Assembly (NCBI RefSeq): GCF_963921235.1
Contig: NC_086097.1
Coordinates: 189,536,001 to 189,600,000 of the forward strand
DNA length: 64,000 nt
Direction of reading: 5' to 3'
DNA from: Mobula hypostoma
Taxonomy: Eukaryota
Under the pieces are notes generated by a model. The model searched no databases. It was not told the origin of the DNA and saw nothing but the letters and a program-made list of their open reading frames with translations. The translations under genes were made by a program, and so were the position numbers. Shown piece by piece: positions 53,175 to 64,000 of this stretch; the first letter of the stretch is position 1, and every line of letters begins with the position of its first letter.

Positions 53175-56100
53175 TTCATATTCAAAGATGAATCCCTAAA
53201 TGTAGTCCAGTCCACTGATTCAAAGCAGTCCTGTAAGTGTTCCTCCTCCTTCATTGACTATACCTTCCTGATTCTCACCGCTGTTGCTGTTGTCCGCAGT
53301 CTATACGCTGGGAGTAGACATACAGACACGTATTCAGACTTGGCAAAGTGTGGGCATGGTATGGCATGGTTAGCGCTCTTGATGGTGTGTAACAGTGATC
53401 AAGTGTATTGGCTCTTCTGGATCCATAGGTGACATGCTTGGGATAGTCTGTCAGAGATTTCTTCGAGCTAGCCTGGATGAAGTCCCCTGTAATGACTGAG
53501 AAGGTGTCAGGGTGCACTGTCCCATGATGGTTGATATAGAGCTCAGCACCTCCTTTCTTGACACAAACAAGAGAAAATCTGCAGATGCTGGAAATCTGAG
53601 CAACACACACAAAATGCTGGAGGAACTCAGCAGGCCAGGCAGTGGAAAAAAGTACAGTCGACGATTTGGGCTGAAACCCTTCGGTAGGCTTCCAGTAACC
53701 CCCTTTCCTGATGTTTGCTGGGGTGGAATGTACATTGCTACCAGGATGACTGCAGAGAACTCCCATAGCAAATAAAATGTACAATACTTGACTGCCAGAC
53801 GATCTAGATTGGGCTAGCAGAACTGAGTCAGAACCATCATGTCTGTACAATACAATGAGTTAATCATGGAAAAAACTATGCTGCCTCTTCCTTTACCTGT
53901 TACTGCTGTGCATTCCATGCAGTGGATGTTGAAGCACTCAGGCTGGAGTGCTGGTGTATATCCATAGTGCTGGGAGTGAGCCATGTCTCTGTGAAGCAGA
54001 GTACACAACAGTCCCTGATATCTTTCTCATACTGCAGTCTTACTGAGATATTCAGTTTTATTTTTTAGAGATCTTACTTGATCTAGGAGGAATGGTAGGT
54101 AGAGAGGTGGGGCCTTAAGTCTTCAGTCACCTGAACCTCCTCCTTGATGCTAGCAGTGAACAGAGGGCATGTCTTGGATCATGGAGGTCCTTCATGATGG
54201 ATGTCAGCTTTTTTGAAGCACCACTGTTTGAAGGAGGATAATGCCAATGATGGAGCTGGCTGACTCTGCAACTTTCTGCAGCTTTTTCCAATCCTGTGCA
54301 GTGGCCCCTCAATACCAACTGATGATGCAACCAGTTAGAATGCTCTCCCCAGTATTCCTGCAGAAATTTGCGAGCATCATTGGTAACATACCAAGTCTTC
54401 TCAAGTTCCTAATGAAATATAGTCACTGTCGTGCTTTCTGATTGAGGAGGGAGGAGAAGATGGCGGCACGACGCAGCGTGCGCGGCCGCTCTGAAATGAT
54501 ATCGTATGTGTTAAGTAGGGGCCATGCACAATCCTGATTTGATGGAGACAGACATGAGAAGCACGAAGGAACACCTGGAGAAACTTCTGAAATGCCTGCT
54601 TCGCTGCCGCTGCTACTGTGCGATCGAGAATATCTGGAGGGGAAGGCCCCAAATCCTTAGCTTTGCCTATTGCCTGTTGCCAGGGCCGGGGTCGAAGCAC
54701 TCGGCAGAGATGGTGCTCGGTGCTCGGTGTCAGAGGGCTGGTCGGAGGCTTGAAGTTTTCAGACAGACTCAAGAGTCTGCTGTGGTTGGGTGCTTCCAGG
54801 ATGCTGCATCGGCAAGTTTTTTTTTTCTTCCTTCTACCGTCTGCGTGAGATGATGGGACTTTCGACAGACTTCAAGACTTTTTTTTACTGTGCCCATGGT
54901 CGGTTCTTCATCAAATTACGGTATTGCTTTGCACTGTTGTAACTATATGTTATAATTATGTGGTTTTTGCCAGTTTTTCAGTCGGTTTGTCTTGTGTTTC
55001 TGTGCTATCATTCTGGAGGAACGTTATATGCATTACTAAATGACAATAAAAGAGGACTGCATGTCCTCATAATCTAATCTAATCTGATTGCATCAATATG
55101 TAGGGCCCAGGATAAATCTTCAGAGACATTGAAACCCAAGAACTTGAAACAGCTCACCCTTTCCACTGCTGATTTCTTGATGGGGATTGGTTCTCTCGAC
55201 TTCCTCTTCCTGATGTCCACAATCAATTCCTTGATCTCACTGATCTTGAGTGCAAGGTTGTTGTGACACCACCCAACCAGCTGACCTATCTCCTGTATGC
55301 CTCCTTGTCACCCTCTGAAATTTTGCCAGCAATAGATTTGTCATCAGTAAATTTATAAATGATGTTTGAGCTGTACCTAGCCACAGTCATAGATGTAGAG
55401 AGAGTAAAGGAGTAGGCATGTATTCTTGAGCTGCAGTGTTGATTGTCAGCGAGGAGAAGATGTTATTTCTGATCTGCACATATAGTGGTTTTCAAATGAG
55501 GAAGTCGAGGATCCAGTTGCAGAGAAAGGTACAGAGACCCAGGTTTCCAAAGTTCAAAGTTCCATGTAAATTTATCATTACAGTATATACATGTCATCAT
55601 ATAAAACCCTGAGATTCATTTCCTTGAGGGCATACTTAGTTAGAATCAATGAAAGACCGCACCAACTTGGGCATTCAACCAATGTGCAAAAGACAACAAA
55701 CTGTAAATACAAAAAAAAGGAAATAATAATAATAAATAAATAAGCAATAAACCTCGAGAACATGAGATGAAGAGCTCTGGAAAGTGAGTCCATAGGTTGT
55801 GGGAACTTTTCAGTAATGGGCAAGTGAAGTTGAGTGAAGTTATCCCCTTTGGTTCAAGAGTCTGATGGTTGAGGGCTACTAACTGTTCCCGAACCTGGTG
55901 CTGTGAGTCCTGAGGATCCTGTACCTTTTTCCTGATGCAGCAGCGATAAGACAGCATGACCTATGTGATGGGAGTCACCAATGATGGATGCTGCTTTCCT
56001 GCGACAACGCTCAGTGGTGGGAAGGGCCTTACCCATGATAGACTGGACCATATCCACTACTTTTTGTAGGATTTTCCATTCAAGGGCTTAGGTGCAGCCT

Positions 56101-57090
56101 TTCAATCACACATCTATAGAAGTTTTTCAAAGTTTCAGATGTCATGCCGAATCTTCGCAAACTCCTAAAGAAGTACAGGGTGGGTCCAGGACAGGTCCTC
56201 TGAAATTATAACACCAAAGTTGTTGACCCTTTCCATCTCTGAAGAACCATTGAGGATTGTCTCGTGGGCCTCTGGTTTCCTCCTCTTGAAGCTCTTGTTG
56301 ATTTTGAGTAAGAGGGAGGTTGTTGCTGTGGCACCACTGAGCTAGATTTTCAATCTCCCTCCTATACGCTGATTCATCACCACTTTTGATTTGGCCAATG
56401 ACAGTGATGTCATCAGCAGACCTGAAAATGGCTTTGGAGCTGTGCTTAGCCACACAGTCTTTAGTGTAAAGGGAGCCGGGGACTAAGCATACGATCTTGT
56501 GGTCCACCTGTACTGATGGAGATTGTGGAAGAGATGTTGTTGCCAATTTGAACTAACTGGAGTCTGCAAGTGAGATAATCAAGAATCCAATTGCAGAAAG
56601 AGGTATTGAGGCAAACTCGTGAAGCTTGTTAATTAGTTTTGAGGGGATGATAGTACTGAATGCTGAACTGTAGTCAATAAAGAACATTCTGATTTATGCA
56701 TGTTTATTGTCAAGCTGCGTGAAGACCAGTGAAATATGCTGTGGACTTGTGGTGCTGGTAAGCAAATTAAAATGGACCAAAGTCACTTCTCAGGCAGGAG
56801 TTGATATGTTTCATCACCAGCTTCGCAAAGCACTTTATCACGGTAGATGTAAGAGCGACTGGACAATAGCTATTGAGGCAGATTACCATGTTCTTCTTAG
56901 GCAGAGGTATAAGTGAAGCCTGTTTGGTAAGTAGAATTGAGGGCATGATTGTGTTGAATGCTGAACTGAAAGCAAAAAACAACAGCCTGATGTAGGTATT
57001 ATTATTGTCCAGGTGATCTCAGACCGAGTGGAGAGCCACTGAGACCTATTGTGGCGACAGGAAAATTGCAGCAGCTTCATGTCCCTGATT
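53175..57090 (-). mobile_element. Cluster of decayed Rex1/Babar fragments, including a Penelope-end piece at about 53561-53688
   Basis: YIPPQ, TLDHCYT, PVALTS, FSSAFNTI and ESAYRREI motifs on the minus strand. Confidence 0.7.
54445..55082 (+). mobile_element. Non-autonomous retroelement (SINE-like, probably Rex1-mobilised)
   Basis: CpG-rich 5' end with aagatggcggc, aataaa, (taatc)n tail, and apparent TSD tctgattg (54437-54444, 55083-55090). Confidence 0.7.
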
Positions 57091-57984
57091 AGGCATCAGA
57101 ACTCCGCCCTTCCTGTTATCCATGGACTCCAGCCAAATTCCCGCCAGGTTGAAAACAAGCCCCTGAGGTACCCTTTGTGGAGATGAACTATTCAGCCCAA
57201 AGTACCCACTTGCTAAAATCACAGATGAACTCTCACTAATTATTTGCTCTACCTGCCCACTCAGTTTTGCAAATTATGGAAAGGGGTCTGAATGTCCTGG
57301 TGCTTCTCAGAGCTCTGCAAACTCTCACCATTTAGATCTAATACTTCTTTTTTGTGTATCTTGCCAAAATTTACAGTTGCACATCTTCTCACATTATTCT
57401 TCATTTTGCAGATCTTTGCCCATTCACTTAACCCAGCATAATCCCCTTGTGGCCTCCCGATGTACTCTTTCTTTACTTTCCAATCTTTGTGTCATCGACC
57501 TTGCTAACCATACTTCACTGCATTATACTTCAATTTAAGAGATCACATTTTGATTTCAGACTGCTCTATTTATAGAGTATCACCCTCATTAAAATTTGTT
57601 GAAATGATTCTTAGGAAAATTCATGAATTTCAATTAAGTTTTACATTTAAAATCTACCGTGTTCTGATTATATGCTTGAGGCTAAAATATATTTACCATC
57701 TATTTTCTAAATTAAATCTTCTGTGAACATTTTTGGTCACCAACACAGTAATAGATGCACCTCATTATTATATATGAGGAGTTGTAACCTGATAACTTTC
57801 ATTTCCTCCACACTGAATGTTTTCGATTGTTTGATTACTAATAATGACACATCAGTAGACATGTAGAGAAAGCCTTCCTTCCTTCTATTCACACGATGCC
57901 CTCATATGGTTGTGAAGCAGAGAGAGTAACATTAAAGAAAGAAACACTAATACGCTTATAGACTAGAATTAGCTTGAATTGTAA

Positions 57985-58912
57985 TCAAAGGTTCAAAGAT
58001 TCACTTATTATCAAAGCATGTATCCATATACAACCCTGAAATTTGTCTTCTCCAGATAGCCACGAAACAAAGAAAGAAGATGAGAGTCGTTCCGAAAGAA
58101 ACGTCAAACCCACCCCACCTTACAAAAAAGAATGGCATCCTGATCATCAACACACCCCCAAAACCACCCTCCCTTGCACAAAGCAGAACAGGAACATTGA
58201 CTCCCCCCCAAAAACAAACCCCACACAAAAGACGAACCGAACACTAACAGAACATCAACCTTCAAGCATCCTCCCCTCGCACAACAAAATGGTAAAAGGG
58301 AAAGGTGATATAAAAGCACAGAATATAAAACCCATAAGTCTGAAAAAATTCACAGTTCGTAAACGCAATGGTCCAATCCATAAACATGGAACCATGATAC
58401 CATCCTATGACATCACCGACAGTCACTGAAATAGAGGGACACACAACGTGTGCAGAGTGTGGGGCAGCACACCTACCCCACTTGCCACAGTGAGCCATGC
58501 AGCGATAGGCTGCTCACAGGTTCCTTCTCCAGCAGTGCTCAAAGGGAAGGCAGTCGGTGCTGAACTCTCTCTCGCCTTCTGCATTCGCCTCGATGTCTCA
58601 ATCTTTCTTGATGCTTTAATCGGTGATTGATGGATGCTTTAAATGGTGAAATACAGTCGAACATCGGCTTGCGTCCTGTCTCGAAGTTTCTTTGCATTAA
58701 GGCCGTCTGAGTATGCGCCCGCTTTCTGGAATCTTCTCAGAGACAGCAAAGCGCTGGGTCACTCAAACAATCACCAAACTGCAAATCACAGGCTCTAACA
58801 TATTTAAGATGAAATTCAGAGATAAAATAAGTAAAAAATATATATATTTTTTGCTGTCTGGAAGATGTCGACCGAGGGAGCATTGTATACGGGCGCCATC
58901 TTGACTGGAAGG
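57985..58912 (-). mobile_element. Non-autonomous retroelement with Rex-like 3' end
   Basis: Starts cttccagtcaagatggcgcccg on minus; ends tttgataataag...ctttgaacctttga. Confidence 0.6.
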
Positions 58913-59509
58913 TCAGAGTTACCTTATGCTAATAGGTCTGTACACAACTACTTGTGACTTTCTCTTTGCAGCTCCAGTCATTTCTGATTTCTGTGTCTGT
59001 GCATTGCCACATAGAATCCAGATACTAGTGGAGGCCACTTGCACATGCTACTGATATATTGCTCTGCTGCAGGGCTTATTGTCGAGTCCAAAGGTGGAGC
59101 ACAGAAGTAATGGTATCACAGTCCCATTTATTTAAGGAGCGGTGGCTGAATGTGATTGCAAAGTGCAGGTAAGTAGTTGCTTTTTGTTTATTATCTTATA
59201 TAAAGGTTCTTGAAATAATCTCCAGTATTGTCAAAGATATTTGACATTTATACAAGCACTGACAGCAGCAAGCTGCCTAATTGCAGGACTTGAGCATCTG
59301 CTGCCTGGGGGTAGTGGCTCTTTGAGTCCTATTTCAAACAATAGCCACAATAAAAGCCTGGAGCTGAATTGTCCCAGAGGGCATAGAGAAAACAATGTGG
59401 TCACAAGAAGGAAAGCTCGGGAGCAAATGTAAGCAGTGGGCTGGATCGAGTCTGATGTAATCCAATGGATTCTATCACCATAACACTACTTCCTGAAAAA
59501 TATCTCTCT

Positions 59510-60668
59510 CTCCACCGATCTTCATATTGTCTGCAAACTTCTCAAAAAGCCATCAATCAATTCCATCATCCACATCATTGCCATGTAACATAAAAAGAAT
59601 CGATCCCTACACAGATCTCTGTAGAACACCACTAGTCACTGGCAGCCGACCAGAAAAGGCTCCCTTTATTCCCAGTATTTGCCTCCTGCCAATCAGCCAC
59701 TGGAGAATCTTTCCTGTAATACCATGGGTTCTCAGAGTGTTACCTTGTCAAAGGCCTTCTGAAAATCCAAGCACACAACATCAACCAATTCTTCTTTGTC
59801 TATCCTGCTTGTTATTTCTTCAAAGCTTCCAACAAGTAGACAGGCTACAGAAGGACAGACAGATTAGGAGAATGGACGAAGAAGTGGCAGATGGAATACA
59901 GTGTTGGGAACTGTAGGGCCATGCACTTCGGTAGAAGAAATAAAAGGGTTGACTATTTTCTCAGTAGAGAGAAAATACAAAAAATGGGGTGCAAAGGAAC
60001 TTGTGAGTCCTTGTGCAGGCTTTTTTAAAGGTTAATTTGCAGGCTGAGTCTGCGGTGAGGAAGGCAAATGCAATGCTAGTATTCAAGAGGACTTGAGTAT
60101 AAAAGCAAGGATATAATGTTGAAACTTTATAAAGCACTGGTGAGGCCTCACTTGGAATATTGTGAGCAATTTGGTGTTCCTTATCTTAGAAAGTATGTGT
60201 TGAAACTAGAGAGGGTTTAAAGGAGGTTTACAAAAATGATTCCCTGATTGAATGGCTTGTTATGTGAAGAATGTTTGATGGCTCTGGGCTTGTATTCACT
60301 AGAATTCAGAAGAATGAGGGGTGACCTCATTGAAACCTATTGAATGGTGAAAGGCCTTGAGGATGTTTCCTATGGTGGGAGAATCTCACAGCCTCAGAAT
60401 AGAGGGCACTCTTCTAGAATGGAGATGAGGAGGAATTTCTTTAGCCAGAGAGTGTGGAATCTGTGGAGTTCTTTGTCACAGGCAGCTGTGGAACCAGGTC
60501 TTTATGTATATTAAAGGCAAAGGTTGATAAATTCTTGATTGGTCTGGGCATGAAAGAACATGGGGAGAAGGCAGGAGATCAGGACTGAGAGGAGTATTGG
60601 ATCAGCCATGATGAAATGTGAAACAGACTCTATAGCCTAATTCTGCTTCTATATCTTATGGTCTTCTG
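59510..60668 (+). mobile_element. CR1 3' fragment with inverted 5' segment
   Basis: 59510-59830 is RT on minus; 59835-60668 continues the RT on plus to the tail (tcttatggtct). Confidence 0.8.
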
Positions 60669-62404
60669 GTTTTATAACAGTATCTGGTGGATGATATTAG
60701 ACCAATCCACCCCTGCTAACCATGTTTTTAATTTCTATAATAAGATAGCATAATTCTATCATTGTTTTCTGTTGTTTTGCTCTTATTTACTTTCAATGAC
60801 AGAGGATAAAATATCATCCTGGCTCCCATGCTTTCTGCTGTCTAAACTTGCCCCCCCACCCACGAGGTGCATCTGCTCACTCTCACCTTTTCTAGAAATA
60901 GAGGTGACGCTTGACAGTTGTCTCACAGAGCAGAGGGGCATCCATATTTCTAGCAAGCCTCAGGTATTGGCTCCTGAAGCCTTGGCTTTGAAATGCATCC
61001 AGAATGCCTTGATGGCCTTTGACTGCTCACTGCTATCAAAAGCCTTTGGAACCATTTTTAAGAGTCTCCAATAGAAGACATTTAAAGACTTCTGAAAGAT
61101 GTACGAGATAAATATGATTACATTTAATTACAGACACTTTAAATGATAGCTTATGATTTAAAACATGAGGAGAGAGAGAGATAAATAGAAACAACTAAGT
61201 AAGCAGCAATGCTTACCCATTAGACTTGGTAATGACTCCAGCAGAGGGAAGGGAGGTGATTTGCATTGTCATTTATCCTTCAGCTCATGTCAATTTCTGC
61301 TTTGAGATGAAAGTTCTGATAAACTAGTAAGCACTTCATGCTCAATAACTTCTGGATGATTGCTTGATTCAAACATTTCCACTGCAATGATTTATATAAT
61401 CATAAATTCTGACATAACTGGGGTATGACAGGCCTGGTTACTATCTACTAAATCTTGGTTGAACACAGAGATACAGATTAATCTCCAAACACATATGCTG
61501 TTTTGTGGTGTACGTATTTTATACTCACTTCCATTAAAGCCAACGAAAGGAATTTCCGAGCTTGAGATCTTGGTTGCTGAAGGCACAGTTGCTAATGGCA
61601 ATGTCAGTAAAATTTGGGCAATCAGTAAACAGTGAAATCAGTAAATTTGGAGTGCTTAAGTGATTAGGACTTGAGGAGTGTAGCAATCTTGAAGGATTGT
61701 CGGGATTGAAGAGGTTACAGTGATATGGAAGTGGGAGGTTGTGGAAAATTCTGAATAAAAGCTTTCTTAAACCAACATAGCCCTGTACAAACAATATAAG
61801 CATCAAACTCTTATGGGCAAAGAGGCAATGCTTTTAATGACCTGGTGGTGGATCTTTGGATGACCTCAAGTTTACAGTGGGTGGAACAAGGGAAAGCAGC
61901 TTAGAGTGCATGGAATATCCTTAGGCAACAAAGGAATGGATGAAGCTTTTAGCAACAGGATAAGTAAGTCGGGGTCATGTTTGATGATGTTTTGTCAGTG
62001 GCAAGAGGCAGCTGTAGAGATGGCGTGAAAATTGCTTGGCAACTCATCTCTGTGACAGATTTAACACTGAAAGGCTGGAAACAGTCTGGTTTAGTTTTAG
62101 AATGATTCTGCATTCTGAAAGATACATCCTAAAAGTTACTTTTAACTGAATTTCAAGATCAGAATCACTTCTAGATCCCCAGATTATTGGCAAAGAAAGG
62201 ACCCATTCTTCACCTCACTTTTTAAATCTATTAATATTCAAACTTCTATATCTTTTATTCTAAATTCAAGGATCTATGGGATTTCTTCAATGCCAAAGTG
62301 AACACTATTTACAGAAATAATTTGCCTCCCTTTTCTTCTTGTTTTGATTCCCTCTTTAATCCTTCTTCCAAACTTACCTACTTACAGGAAAGGTGTAAAG
62401 TAAG

Positions 62405-62845
62405 GTTGAAAGAATACAGAGAAAATTGACAAGGATGTTGCTGGGTCTGGAAGACCTGGGCTATAAAGAAAGATTGAATAGGTTAGGATTGTGAGGGGTA
62501 TTGATTAGGTAAATGCAAGCAGGGATTTTCCACTGAGGTTGGGTATGACTACAATTAGAGGTCATTTGTTAAGGTGAAAGGTGAAAGGCTTAAGGGGAGC
62601 ATGAGGGGAAACCTCTTCACTTTGAGGGTCATGAGAGTGTGGATCAAGCTGCTAGCACAAGTAGTCCATGCAAGCTAGATTTCAACATTTAAGAGTAGTT
62701 TGGGTAGGTACATGGATAGTAGGGATATGGAGGGCTATGGTCCCAGTGCAGGTCAATGGGAGAAGGCAGTTTAAATGGTTTGGCATAGACTTGATGGGCC
62801 GAAGAACCCATTTCTGTGCTGTACTTTTCTGACTCTGTGACTCTT
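62405..62845 (+). mobile_element. CR1 3' fragment
   Basis: Same 3' motifs as the other CR1 copies; tail tctgactctgtgactct. Confidence 0.75.
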
Positions 62846-63804
62846 ACCCATTCCAAGCTTTCTCCATAATCAATTTCTCATCCAGTTTACCCATCAAGCT
62901 TTTAAAAACCTACAAATTCTTTGAGCTCCCACTTCTCTGTATTAACTCCATGAATTGTAATAAAATGAACCTCTAATTTCTCCGATTGCTCCTTCCTGCT
63001 ATAAGAGCATCACCAATGCCCTCTCTAAACATCTGAAAAAGATGCATTCATCCTTTGCAGTTAATGCCTAGTTTCTACCATTTCCTTCTTTCTTGAGTTA
63101 CTACATTGTACCACCACTTAATAGTTTTGCATCCATAATTTATTCAGGGCTGTGAGAGAGACTAGCATAAAGAATATTGGATTTCAAGTTGTGACATCTT
63201 CTGTGATTGCAATAACCTTAATGTCCATGCCTTTGGTATGGTTTTATCTGTCTACTTTCTGTCATCTTAGCTGATTTCTTCATTTCCACCATAGTGCAAT
63301 CGCTCTAACAACTTTATTCTCATCTCCCTGCACTCAAAATATGAATGTATTAATATTTCCATCTGCTTGATTACCTGCTGAAATAAATTTCCAAACCAGC
63401 TTATTTGGTTAGTTGTTAATTTTCCCGTGAGTCTGTTTGTAACTCAACTATCCCTTCTGTCTTGAAAGTGTGCTTGCTGTAATTTTGGTTTAAGTTTAAT
63501 TTCAAGTGCTCTGTAAAAATCAGGTCAGCATTCTCCTTGTATTTATCCCCTTACAAGCTCACAATTTTCATGCTCCTTGGACCCTTCAACCCAAGATCAA
63601 GATCTTTAAAGCTTTCAGCAGATTGTTCGATCATAACACATTGCCTGTTCATGTGCATTGAAACAACCTTCATTCTCCTGTTACTGATCTACTCAGTTCA
63701 CCGGTTATCTTTTTCTCCATCATTTCCTCTTTCAAGCACAATATTCCTTTATCTTGAGCTGTACAGCAAAAAACCTTTTTAATAATCACAATTTTTCATT
63801 AGCT

Positions 63805-64000
63805 GACCGAGACCATGGATCTGCGCCTGGAAAGTCTTCACTCTCCAGGGCGCAGGCCTGGGCAAGGTTGTATGGAAGACCAGCAGTTGCCCATGCTGCA
63901 AGTCTCCCCTCTCCACGACACTAATGTTGTCCAAGGGAAGGGCATTAGACCCATACAGCTTGGCACCAGTGTCGTCGCATAGCAATGAGTGATTAAGTGC
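63805..64000 (-). mobile_element. RTE-related or SINE-like repeat running off the window
   Basis: Abrupt GC-rich structured segment resembling RTE 5' regions; long hairpin ctgcgccctggagagt/actttccaggcgcag. Confidence 0.45.

Noticed and set aside
61217..61315. Exon-like segment with GTAAGC donor as the upstream RALYL exon
   Set aside because: Its translation does not resemble RALYL; the upstream exons appear to lie outside the window.
1..64000. CRISPR arrays, operons, rRNA or tRNA genes
   Set aside because: The sequence is vertebrate and intronic; no regular repeat-spacer array or structural RNA gene was seen.

Overview
Repeat-rich eukaryotic DNA from a vertebrate. The repeat mix (CR1, Rex1/Babar, Penelope-derived hairpins, V-SINE-like) suggests a cartilaginous fish, probably a ray; this is inference only. 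The one host gene recognised is RALYL on the minus strand. Two coding exons are firmly supported: 39697-39810 (coiled coil) and 14801-14979 (acidic tail), separated by a 24.7-kb intron. Candidate 3' terminal exons lie further down. Most of the rest is nested transposable elements. These include many decayed CR1 and Rex1/Babar LINEs, a BovB-like RTE, a TSD-flanked internally deleted Nimb/I-clade LINE with an intact gag-like ORF1, two related solo LTRs, and nested hAT MITEs. The most striking signal is a family of Penelope-derived fold-back insertions, several with target-site duplications (TSDs), carrying minimal type I hammerhead ribozyme motifs. Two copies have an intact core and stem I, both on the RALYL sense strand. 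All family assignments come from recalled motifs; no searches were run.
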